Source: Escherichia phage BEK2. From it: 46,880 nt of DNA. Below the pieces are notes generated by a model. The model saw only the letters and a program-made list of their open reading frames with translations, did no database searches and was not told where the DNA came from. The stretch is from the sequence record MN158206.1; one strand, given 5' to 3'. The position numbers were made by a program, and so were the translations under genes. Of this stretch, positions 17,060 through 25,201 are shown in pieces (positions within the stretch are counted from its first letter, which is position 1; each line of letters starts with the position of its first letter).

Positions 17060-20000
17060 ATGGCACAAATGATCAAAACAAACATGAGGCTTTGTGATAT
17101 GGCTGAAGATATTAAGATTTATGGTGCTAAGGGTGGTAGTCAGAAGCCGCATCAACCGGTGGAGCAGGAAGATAACCTCATTTCACTAAACAAGGTTAAG
17201 GTGTTGCTTGCTGTCGCTGACGGAGAGGTTGATTCAAACTTCTCAATGAAGGATTTATACCTTGCTGACGTTCCGGTGCAAAACCAGGATGGTAGCTACA
17301 ACTACGAAGGTGTTCGCGCTGAGTTCCGTGCTGGAACGCAGTATCAGGACTATATCGCTGGCCTTGATGGTGCAAACTCAGAGATTCAGGCATCAAGGGA
17401 AATCAAAAACGATACCCCGTACATCATTGCGGTTAACAATACTCAGCTATCGGCGATTCGTGTAAAACTATATTGGCCTCGACTGGTTAAGCAAGAAAGC
17501 AATGGAGACCTGAACGGAACAACTTGTGAGTACGCAATTGACCTGTCTGTTAATGGTGGAGCGTATCAGGAATACACTCGAGGAGTTGCTAACGGGAAGA
17601 CAACTACAGGTTACGACCGCAGCATTCGTGTAAACCTTCCGGCTGAATTTGATAGCGCATTGGTTCGCATCAGAAAGATTACGACAGATTCGACGAGTAG
17701 CACATTGGTTAACGGGATGCAGATTACAACCTATCAGGAAGTAATTGACGCTAAATTCCGCTATCCGCTTACAGCTCTTGTTTACGTTGAGTTTGGCTCT
17801 GACCTTTTTCCTAACGGTATCCCGACAATCTCTATCAAGAAGCGATGGAAGTTGATTCAGGTTCCTACAAACTATGACCCTGAAAGCAGAACTTATAGTG
17901 GCACATGGAATGGTATATTTAAAATGGCATGGTCAAATAACCCTGCGTGGGTTCTTTATGACTTAGTGACAAACCGCCGATATGGTCTTGATCAGAGAGA
18001 GCTTGGTGTAGAGATTGATAAGTGGGGTCTGTACGAAGCTGCGCAATTCTGTGACCAAATGGTTCCAGATGGAAAAGGCGGCATGGAGCCGCGCTACCTG
18101 TGCGATATGGTTGTGCAGAATAAAGTTGAGGCTTACACGCTAATTCGTGATATCTGTTCGATCTTCCGTGGCCTGACTTTCTATGATGGCGAAAAGATTG
18201 GTATCGTAGTTGATAAGCCTCGTAATCCATCTTACATCTTCACGAATGATAACGTTGTAAACGGATTGTTCAGCCGCACCTTTGCCAGTGATAAAAGCCT
18301 TTACACCACGGCAAACGTTCAGTTTGATGATGTTGAGAACAACTATCAGCAGGATATTGAACCAGTATTCGAATTAGAGGCAACTCGTCGTTTTGGATTT
18401 AACCCTGTAGATTTAACTGCGATTGGATGTACTCGCAGAAGTGAAGCAAACAGACGTGGCAGATGGCTACTGAAAACCAACCTGAGAAGCGAAACCATCA
18501 GCTTCACTACCGGGTTGGAAGGTATGATTCCGATGATTGGTGAGGTTATTGCGGTCAATGACGCGGCATGGTCGAGCAACTATCAGTTAAACCTTTCCGG
18601 TCGCATTGAATCAGTCCAGGGATTGCAGGTTTTTACCCCGTTTAAAGTTGACGCAGCGCCTGGCGACAGGATTCTTCTGAACAAGCCTGACGGAAATCCA
18701 GAAGCAAGAACTATTGCAAGCATTTCGGAAGATGGTAGGACGATTAACCTAAACACGGCGTTCAGCTTTGTAGCTCAGCCTGATACTGTGTTCGCAATTG
18801 ATAAGGATAATCTGGCACTTCAGCAGTATGTTGTGACCGGTATTCAAAAAGCAGATACTGATGGTAAGGACTCATTCCAGTATACGATTACTGCGGTAGA
18901 GTACGACCCTAACAAGTATGACGAGATTGACTACGGCGTTAACATTGCTGACCGCCCGACTTCAATTGTGGAACCTGACAGATTGTCGCCACCAGAAAAC
19001 CTGACCGTTTCAAGCTATAGTAAGGTTGTTCAGGGATTATCAGTTGAGACGATGGTAATTGGTTGGGATAAGGCGCCATACGCTAAAACTTACAATGTTC
19101 AGTGGAGGAAAGAGAACGGCAACTGGATTAACGTACCCAGAACAGCTAGCACAGAGGTTGATATCGAAGGTATTTACGCAGGAATCTATGACGTCAGGGT
19201 TCGCAGCGTATCAGATACTGAAAACGTTTCTGCCTGGTCTGACATTGTAACTGTTTCGCTAACTGGCAAGATTGGTCGACCATCTGCGCCTACGGTTATC
19301 ACTGCGTCAACTGATGAAGTATTTGGTATCCGTGTTAAATGGGGATTCCCTGAAGGCTCTGGCGATACTGCTTACACTGAACTTCAGCAGGTTCCAGATA
19401 ATGGTGATGGTACTTACAATCCTGATAGCGCCAGTCTGTTAACTTTGGTCCCGTATCCTCAGTATGAATACTGGCACACACCGATTCAACCAGGCAAGGT
19501 GATTTGGTATCGCGCAAGATTGATTGACAGAATCGGCAATACCTCTGATTGGTCTTATTTCGCTAGAGGCATGAGTACTGACGACGCCAGCATCATCAAC
19601 GATTATATCAAGGTTGATATTGAGGGTTCGGAAGGATTCAAATACCTCGAGCAGAATGCGATTCAAAAGAATCAGGACATTCAGAATCAAGCTGAGGCAA
19701 TTATCGAGAACGCATTGGCTAATGATGGTGATGTTCGTCGCATGACAAAGGAGAACGGCAAACGTAAGGCTGAATATGTTCAGGCAGTTAATCTCATAGC
19801 CGATGAAACTCAGGCGCGTGTAGAGGCTCTCACGCAGCTTAAAGCGCAGATAGATGATGAAATTGTTGGTCAGATTACAACAATTGAAACAGCGCTAGCT
19901 ACAGAGACTGAAGCCAGGGCAACAGCTGACACGGCTTTAACCGCAAGGATTGGTGATAACGAGGCGGCAATAAACCAGAAGCTAGACGCGTTCTCTAATG

Positions 20001-20485
20001 CCACATCAACTGGCGTACAGTACGGAATTAGTTTGGGCCTTAAATACAATGGGCAGACTTATTCATCGGGTATGAGCATGGAACTTGTTGGCACTGGTGA
20101 CAATGTTCGCAGTCAATTCATTTTTGACGCAAACAGATTCGCGATCAGTAATGGCATTGGTTCTGGTTCCGGTCAGTGGCAACTCCCCTTCGTTGTCGAG
20201 AATGGAAACGTGATAATCCAGAGCGCAGTAATCGCCGATGGCTCAATCAGTAACGCTAAGATTGGTAACTTTATTCAGTCTAGTAATTACGTGGCTGGCT
20301 CAAATGGTTGGAGGATATCAAAGGATGGAGCAAGTGAATTCAATAATGTGGTTGTTAGGGGCGCCCTATACGCATCCGAAGGTAACTTTGCTTTTAACGG
20401 AACAAACAATACGGTACAGATTAACGGGAACGGAATCACTGTTAACTTACCTGGAGGAGGAAGAGTTGTGGTAGGTACGTTCTAA
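17060..20485 (+). CDS. tail tip / host-specificity protein (lambda J-like)
   Basis: About 1140 aa. The N-terminal GAKGGSQKPHQPVEQEDNLIS parallels the J N-terminus. FN3-like repeats lie around aa 640-800. Start is ambiguous (ATGs at 17060, 17069, 17085, 17099). Confidence 0.85.
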   Translation: MAQMIKTNMRLCDMAEDIKIYGAKGGSQKPHQPVEQEDNLISLNKVKVLLAVADGEVDSNFSMKDLYLADVPVQNQDGSYNYEGVRAEFRAGTQYQDYIAGLDGANSEIQASREIKNDTPYIIAVNNTQLSAIRVKLYWPRLVKQESNGDLNGTTCEYAIDLSVNGGAYQEYTRGVANGKTTTGYDRSIRVNLPAEFDSALVRIRKITTDSTSSTLVNGMQITTYQEVIDAKFRYPLTALVYVEFGSDLFPNGIPTISIKKRWKLIQVPTNYDPESRTYSGTWNGIFKMAWSNNPAWVLYDLVTNRRYGLDQRELGVEIDKWGLYEAAQFCDQMVPDGKGGMEPRYLCDMVVQNKVEAYTLIRDICSIFRGLTFYDGEKIGIVVDKPRNPSYIFTNDNVVNGLFSRTFASDKSLYTTANVQFDDVENNYQQDIEPVFELEATRRFGFNPVDLTAIGCTRRSEANRRGRWLLKTNLRSETISFTTGLEGMIPMIGEVIAVNDAAWSSNYQLNLSGRIESVQGLQVFTPFKVDAAPGDRILLNKPDGNPEARTIASISEDGRTINLNTAFSFVAQPDTVFAIDKDNLALQQYVVTGIQKADTDGKDSFQYTITAVEYDPNKYDEIDYGVNIADRPTSIVEPDRLSPPENLTVSSYSKVVQGLSVETMVIGWDKAPYAKTYNVQWRKENGNWINVPRTASTEVDIEGIYAGIYDVRVRSVSDTENVSAWSDIVTVSLTGKIGRPSAPTVITASTDEVFGIRVKWGFPEGSGDTAYTELQQVPDNGDGTYNPDSASLLTLVPYPQYEYWHTPIQPGKVIWYRARLIDRIGNTSDWSYFARGMSTDDASIINDYIKVDIEGSEGFKYLEQNAIQKNQDIQNQAEAIIENALANDGDVRRMTKENGKRKAEYVQAVNLIADETQARVEALTQLKAQIDDEIVGQITTIETALATETEARATADTALTARIGDNEAAINQKLDAFSNATSTGVQYGISLGLKYNGQTYSSGMSMELVGTGDNVRSQFIFDANRFAISNGIGSGSGQWQLPFVVENGNVIIQSAVIADGSISNAKIGNFIQSSNYVAGSNGWRISKDGASEFNNVVVRGALYASEGNFAFNGTNNTVQINGNGITVNLPGGGRVVVGTF

Positions 20486-20489
20486 AACA

Positions 20490-20509
20490 AAGGCCCCGAA
20501 AGGGGCCTT
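20490..20509. terminator. bidirectional terminator between convergent genes
   Basis: AAGGCCCC-GAAA-GGGGCCTT. Confidence 0.75.
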
Positions 20510-20513
20510 ATCT

Positions 20514-21449
20514 TTAATACATGTCAGGAAGGTAAGGAAGTGGTGTTGATATTGTTACGTCAGGCCTATTCCCTATCTCGTATCTGACAATCCTTGAACC
20601 GGTTCCTGAGCGAACATAACCATTGCTCATCACGATTCCTTTGTTTCTCAACTCCTTATATGCTGGTATTGCCCTTGTGTTAAATCCACATCTAAGTATT
20701 GGGAAGTAAGAGTCACCAATGTACTGGTTGCTACCTGATAGGTTTATGAATCCAGAAACAACCAATGGCCTTGTGACGGTTGATAAAGTGCAGGCACCAT
20801 TTGAGTTAAATATGTTAAGTCCCGGACCAGGGGTTGGTGCTACCATCTGAAAAATAATCAAGTCCATAGTGACACTTCCTGGGGTATCACCAGTATCTTC
20901 AGTATTTATGTTTGTACATATTAACTGATTGCTCCCATTGTACTCAACTGACACACCGGAGTTGCTCCACTTTCCAAATGGAATTCCATAAATTGGCAGC
21001 GTGTAAGTGTCGGTGAAAGATATACTCTGAGCAAACTTGCACACCAACAACCTGTCAGTGGTGGTTATCGAAGTAAAATCAGTACTATTCGCAACATAAA
21101 TACCCTGGCCAGCCGATGCTCTTAGTACCTCAACAACAGTGCCAGAAAATTGCGTTATACGGTCAGAGTATCCATTCTCGTAACCAATTGATATTGTTCC
21201 GCTTGATTCTGTTGATGAAAATCCATTTATGTAGTAAATCTCAACTCCCCTATCAAGTTCGAATGAGTAGGCGCCATTGTTAGGGATAAGGAACCTTGAC
21301 GCTCCTTCATTGCCCTGAATTGAAAATGTCTTACTAAACCCGCCGCTAGAAACGTTGAAATTGCCAGCGAAATTCAATGCCCGCATCCCTGCGGTAATTG
21401 TCATTGGCTTCCTTCCATCATTGAGGTCTATATAAATACCTTGAGCCAT
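20514..21449 (-). CDS. hypothetical protein; candidate receptor-binding protein
   Basis: 311 aa from ATG 21449 (AAGGAG SD; TAATG overlap with the lipoprotein gene). Gly/Ser/Thr/Asn-rich, beta-type composition. Convergent with the J-like gene. Confidence 0.45.
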   Translation of the reverse strand: MAQGIYIDLNDGRKPMTITAGMRALNFAGNFNVSSGGFSKTFSIQGNEGASRFLIPNNGAYSFELDRGVEIYYINGFSSTESSGTISIGYENGYSDRITQFSGTVVEVLRASAGQGIYVANSTDFTSITTTDRLLVCKFAQSISFTDTYTLPIYGIPFGKWSNSGVSVEYNGSNQLICTNINTEDTGDTPGSVTMDLIIFQMVAPTPGPGLNIFNSNGACTLSTVTRPLVVSGFINLSGSNQYIGDSYFPILRCGFNTRAIPAYKELRNKGIVMSNGYVRSGTGSRIVRYEIGNRPDVTISTPLPYLPDMY

Positions 21450-21679
21450 TAATTCCACTCCTTAGAGCCATAATCACTAACAGATCCACCGGAGCCTTTA
21501 ATACCAGCGTAGCGAATATCAACCTCACCAGCAGGAACAACTACACCACCTTTCCACTTAGACACGCACACGCCGTTTGCTTGCGTTGCACACCAACCAT
21601 CCGGGCGAGGACCAGAAGAACAACCAACTGCCATGATTACTGCTGCTGCGATGATTGCTGATTTGATGAAGTTATTCAT
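21449..21679 (-). CDS. small lipoprotein, Cor-like superinfection-exclusion candidate
   Basis: 76 aa from ATG 21679. Signal peptide plus lipobox ([12 protein letters not shown]). AAGGA SD. Location next to the tail-tip genes matches cor in T1/phi80-type phages. Confidence 0.55.
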   Translation of the reverse strand: MNNFIKSAIIAAAVIMAVGCSSGPRPDGWCATQANGVCVSKWKGGVVVPAGEVDIRYAGIKGSGGSVSDYGSKEWN

Positions 21680-21714
21680 TTTGTATTCCTTAGTAATTTC
21701 GTTTCGATGGAGTA

Positions 21715-21758
21715 ATAGTATCGCATCCTTGCGATCAGTGTTTAGCAATTAGTGCTAT
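21715..21758 (-). promoter_or_regulatory. box promoter cassette P3
   Basis: Minus strand: ATAGCACTAATTGCTAAA (21758-21741), 22-nt spacer, TACTAT (21720-21715), leader CCATCGAAACGAAA. The box encodes the last five residues (NSTNC) and the stop of the methyltransferase. Confidence 0.65.
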
Positions 21759-22431
21759 TCGCCAAAAATACAGCTCTTGCAAATCCACGAGGTGTAAGAC
21801 TGCGAATTACCTTTGTTTTCTTGCTCTTCCCGCCTAGCTTCTTGTGCTGGTCTGAGTATCCATCATTAACGTCAACTGGTGAGGCTTGAGGCCATTTAAA
21901 CCCATTGCCAGACCAAATGCACGTCTTCTTAGGATATGCGTCTCTTGGCTTTATTAGGTCGCTAAAAAACGGGTGTAAATCATCTTCCGGCAAATAGCCT
22001 CCGTATTCGTAAGGGTGAAACGTGTTATCAGGTTTACTCCAGAGCGATGACAGCACGCTGACTGGGTTCTCAATCATGTATGGAACTCCGTATTTTTCAG
22101 CCAGTTTAAAAGCAACCTTGCAAGTCTCTGCCGCCTCAATTTGGAAGTTTTGGTTGGCTAGGCGCTTACGCTCAAAGTGTGCTGCCCCGCTCACGGCTAA
22201 ATCCGTACAGGGCGGGAATGCCATGATAAAATCAGGCTTCACATCAAAATCAAAACTGGAATCTATCCAGGCATTAACGTATGTAATGTTCTCATGCTCA
22301 ACCTTTGCATTTAAGTCACTGTAGCTCCCGTGGTCGGAATCATCAAAGTTGAAGCAGCAGCATGTGTGGCCAGCTTCAGCCCAATCATTTACAGCCAAAC
22401 CAGAACCATCAAATAAAGACCAGATAACCAT
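21742..22431 (-). CDS. DNA (cytosine-5) methyltransferase, compact form
   Basis: Motif I SLFDGSG, motif [13 protein letters not shown], motif VI MIENPV, C-terminal [11 protein letters not shown]. Only 229 aa. Confidence 0.75.
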   Translation of the reverse strand: MVIWSLFDGSGLAVNDWAEAGHTCCCFNFDDSDHGSYSDLNAKVEHENITYVNAWIDSSFDFDVKPDFIMAFPPCTDLAVSGAAHFERKRLANQNFQIEAAETCKVAFKLAEKYGVPYMIENPVSVLSSLWSKPDNTFHPYEYGGYLPEDDLHPFFSDLIKPRDAYPKKTCIWSGNGFKWPQASPVDVNDGYSDQHKKLGGKSKKTKVIRSLTPRGFARAVFLANSTNC

Positions 22432-22460
22432 TTCAAAACCCTCTTCGTTAAAGTGCGGCG

Positions 22461-22504
22461 ATTATACTGCACAAAATTTATTGTTCTTTAGCAATTCGTG
22501 CTAT
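22461..22504 (-). promoter_or_regulatory. box promoter cassette P4
   Basis: Minus strand: ATAGCACGAATTGCTAAA (22504-22487), 22-nt spacer, TATAAT (22466-22461). The Rha stop TAG is inside the box. Confidence 0.65.
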
Positions 22505-23172
22505 TTCTTTTCCAGCAGCAGCTTGATGTCAATGCCGAGATTATTCTCAATCAATCCGGTCAGCGCATCATTCTTTTCTTTAAGAGCGAAGCATTGCGCT
22601 TCATACTTAAATCTTTCCTCCATCTCATTCGAGCGACTAGCCCAACACTGGCGAGCCTCACAAGCCAGCATATCGAGTTTTTCATCGGTATTCTTATCCA
22701 TGAGTAAGATCTCATTTATTCTTTGCTCTGCAACAATGCGCTGGCTCAGGTGTGCATTTTGCGCATTAGCCACACCAAGCATCATTCGAGCCTCTTTTAG
22801 CTCATCAATGCTTACCATCCGGCTGATTACTTCTGCTTGTTTTTTAACTAACGCCTCGAGCTCATGAAGTCGACGGATAACTCTGCGACGAAGAACTACG
22901 CTGTAGCCAGTGATTAGCGTTTCGGTGAGTTCCTTGTTGAGTAAAATCTCAGATGTATAGCCTCGATTATCCGTAAGTACTTGATAATCATCATGACCCA
23001 AATCTGGGGCATCGTTATAATGTAACAATTCATTGATCATTTCCTTTGTGTCGCGAACGACGTGATCATGACGCTTACCTGTCAATTCAGCAATTTCCTT
23101 CGTGCTCATCATGGTTTTTGGCTGTTCTTTGTACGCTTCAATTTTCATTTTAGTCTCTCTTATGCTTTTCAT
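22501..23172 (-). CDS. Rha-family phage regulatory protein
   Basis: STKEIAELTGKRHDHVVRDTKEM is the Rha-domain signature; coiled C-terminal half. ATG 23172 sits in the 3' arm of an 8-bp hairpin (ATGGCTCA/TGAGCCAT), so ATG 23148 or 23112 may be the real start. Confidence 0.7.
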   Translation of the reverse strand: MKSIRETKMKIEAYKEQPKTMMSTKEIAELTGKRHDHVVRDTKEMINELLHYNDAPDLGHDDYQVLTDNRGYTSEILLNKELTETLITGYSVVLRRRVIRRLHELEALVKKQAEVISRMVSIDELKEARMMLGVANAQNAHLSQRIVAEQRINEILLMDKNTDEKLDMLACEARQCWASRSNEMEERFKYEAQCFALKEKNDALTGLIENNLGIDIKLLLEKK

Positions 23173-23252
23173 GGCTCAGATTTGAGCCATCGCTTGGTTT
23201 TGCTCTACCGATTTTCGGTAGACCAAGCAGCACCATTGCCACCATGCGACTA

Positions 23253-23296
23253 AATATACCTAAAGATAGTCAGTTGTCTTTAGCAATTAGTGCTAT
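23253..23296 (-). promoter_or_regulatory. box promoter cassette P5
   Basis: Minus strand: ATAGCACTAATTGCTAAA (23296-23279), 22-nt spacer, TATATT (23258-23253). Confidence 0.6.
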
Positions 23297-23320
23297 TTAT
23301 CGCCAATTTCACCACAAATC

Positions 23321-23645
23321 ACAGTTACACGTAACCGATGTAACTCGATGTATACAATCTCATTCGCGGAAAATGATATACGCGCCGTTACGCAAATTTA
23401 CGCAATAGTTACATTAAAATATCTATATATATCAACCTTTTACTATTATTATTATTATATATATTACTGTGTATATCATGTAACTACTGTTCTGGAGTGT
23501 TCCGGTTATAATTTTAATATCATGTGGATTTATACAGTATTGTGTGGCAGCCATACCAATGCACCCCCCGCAAGAAACGGTATACACGATATACACGATG
23601 GTTACATTGAGCTATATCTGGGCTGAGATGCCATTTTACGTAACA
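23321..23645. repeat. non-coding iteron/AT-rich region A (homolog of 41906-42231)
   Basis: More than 8 copies of GTAAC/GTTAC (often CGTAAC). (TA)n and (TAT)n runs (23443-23466). TATACACGA x2 (23581-23598). A 42-nt block (23603-23644) is 36/42 identical to 42189-42230. Only junk ORFs (poly-Tyr). Confidence 0.8.
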
Positions 23646-23699
23646 AGTTGCAATGCCTACACGGAATTACAAGTATTCACGCGTAAGTTTAAATCAACG

Positions 23700-23743
23700 A
23701 TTGGCAAAACCAATTGGACTGGCTACGGTACCGAATATATAGT
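23700..23743 (+). promoter_or_regulatory. degenerate box promoter cassette P6
   Basis: ATTGGCAAAACCAAT inverted repeat (23700-23714) at the box position, TATAGT (23738-23743), leader CATCGAAAGCAAGC (23749-23762). Confidence 0.45.
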
Positions 23744-23780
23744 TACCTCATCGAAAGCAAGCAACCAGAGAGATACAGAA

Positions 23781-23975
23781 ATGACCTACTACATTATCAA
23801 AGAGAAAAACAACGCACTGTTCGGCGATTGCTACTTTGGAGGCGAGGCCGGTTACACCACCGATAAGAATGAGGCAGACCGATTCGATACCAAAGAAGAA
23901 GCCAGGGATGTGCTGACTGGTTACTTCACTGAAGAAGATTTGAAGTCTGTTAAAGTAGTTAAGGTCAAGGGGTGA
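23781..23975 (+). CDS. hypothetical protein
   Basis: 64 aa from ATG 23781. The upstream part of track ORF 23544-23975 is non-coding region A plus the promoter. Confidence 0.55.
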   Translation: MTYYIIKEKNNALFGDCYFGGEAGYTTDKNEADRFDTKEEARDVLTGYFTEEDLKSVKVVKVKG

Positions 23976-23978
23976 GTT

Positions 23979-24944
23979 ATGAGCTTTAAGGTTTTTACAA
24001 GGGAGGAACTATCAAACTCGGAGTACCACGCTGAAACTGAACACATCTCAGGTTCCTCACTTGTCGAGATTATTCAGGGTTCACCAGCCAAGTGGAGGTT
24101 TAAGCAACGCAATAGCGATAGCAAGGCTCTTAAGTTTGGAACGCTGAGTCACACGTATATCCTAGAGGGTGACATGTTTGATAAAGAATACCTTCGAGCT
24201 ACAGACCTTGATGCGATTGATGGATTAATTACAAGCCAAGCAGGATTATCAGCAGCACTTAAAAAAGTTGGTGTAGCTGGCACGTCCGGGAAGGGGTATA
24301 GCGAGCTCGTAGAAATGATGTATCGTTCTGGTGAGGATTGGCCTGTTAAATGGTTAATTGAGCAGCAGGAGGGCGCGCAGGCGCTCGTGGAGGGTAAGGA
24401 GTTGGTTAGCGCCGCAGACTATGACAAAGTGATAGCTATGCGTGAGGTTCTTTGCAACATTCCGGAATATGATGCAATTGTGAACAGCGAGACGGCGCAG
24501 AAAGAGTTATCAATATTCGGTGAGATTCTAGGTGTTGGAGTTAAGATTCGAATCGACCACGTAGATGTTATTGATGGTGTGGTTCGGATCACAGATTATA
24601 AAACGACAGCGGACGCAAGCCCAGAAGGATTTGGTAAATCAGCATTCAATCACGGATACCTTGCAAAAATGGCATTACAGCGTGATCTATTTGTTAAGGC
24701 ATTCAACGAGAAGCGCAAGGTTGTTGTAGGATTGCTGGCACAGGAGAAGGTGGAGCCATACTTACCAATGCTGTACACCTTAACTGACGAACAGCTTCGA
24801 ATCGGTAGGTTGCAGTATCTTGAGGCGCTGGCTACTTACAAGAAGTGTAAGGAGCTAGATAGCTGGCCAGGGTACTCTAATGGCATTACAGAGCAAGAGC
24901 TATTAGTTCCTGAGTGGGCATTAAAACAATATAAAGAAATCTAA
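23979..24944 (+). CDS. PD-(D/E)XK recombination exonuclease (RecE/YqaJ-like)
   Basis: IRIDHVDV...VRITDYKT has the D...(D/E)xK arrangement. Sits immediately upstream of ERF and SSB. AAGGGGTGA SD. Confidence 0.7.
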   Translation: MSFKVFTREELSNSEYHAETEHISGSSLVEIIQGSPAKWRFKQRNSDSKALKFGTLSHTYILEGDMFDKEYLRATDLDAIDGLITSQAGLSAALKKVGVAGTSGKGYSELVEMMYRSGEDWPVKWLIEQQEGAQALVEGKELVSAADYDKVIAMREVLCNIPEYDAIVNSETAQKELSIFGEILGVGVKIRIDHVDVIDGVVRITDYKTTADASPEGFGKSAFNHGYLAKMALQRDLFVKAFNEKRKVVVGLLAQEKVEPYLPMLYTLTDEQLRIGRLQYLEALATYKKCKELDSWPGYSNGITEQELLVPEWALKQYKEI

Positions 24945-24988
24945 ATAGCACGAATTGCTAAAACAAGGTGGGATAGCTGAGGTATAGT
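24945..24988 (+). promoter_or_regulatory. box promoter cassette P7
   Basis: ATAGCACGAATTGCTAAA (24945-24962) directly after the stop TAA, 22-nt spacer, TATAGT (24983-24988). Confidence 0.65.
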
Positions 24989-25020
24989 TATACCATCAAC
25001 AACGGACGAGGTTAAAGAAA

Positions 25021-25200
25021 GTGAGAATATTTGAAAGTAAAAGCTGTAGCGACATTGAGATATTCGTTAATGAAAATGATGGATTAATTCAAACAATAGA
25101 CATATACCAAGATGGAGATGTTGTCGTTATAAGTGAAAAATGTAAGGCGATAGAGATTGCAGAATATATTTTAAAAATTTCAGAATACCTTGAGGACTGA
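25021..25200 (+). CDS. hypothetical small protein
   Basis: 59 aa, below the ORF-track cutoff. GTG start with GAGG about 10 nt upstream. Stop is 1 nt before the erf ATG. Contains IDIYQDGDVVVI, resembling the small-domain family. Confidence 0.45.
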   Translation: MRIFESKSCSDIEIFVNENDGLIQTIDIYQDGDVVVISEKCKAIEIAEYILKISEYLED

Positions 25201-25201
25201 C

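Noticed and set aside
19146-19163. TAGCACAGAGGTTGATAT inside the J-like gene, resembling the box
   Set aside because: The right hexamer is shifted by 2 nt, no -10 follows, and it is buried in a long coding region. Likely a chance match.
22349-22867. 172-aa + strand ORF, Ser/Phe-rich, antisense to the Rha gene
   Set aside because: Low-complexity shadow ORF lying within a well-supported minus-strand gene and its neighbours. No promoter or SD.
23523-23531. DnaA-box-like TGTGGATTT (and TGTGGGATT at 42125-42133)
   Set aside because: It matches the consensus at only 7/9 (A) and fewer (B) positions. It is kept as a weak supporting detail of the ori hypothesis, not as a called site.
23348-23626. 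ORF-track protein with a YYYYYIYY run (and the N-terminal part of ORF 23544-23975) across region A
   Set aside because: It is a translation of (TAT)n/(TA)n repeats and iterons. There is no SD and the sequence is low complexity. The real gene starts at ATG 23781, behind its own -10 and leader.
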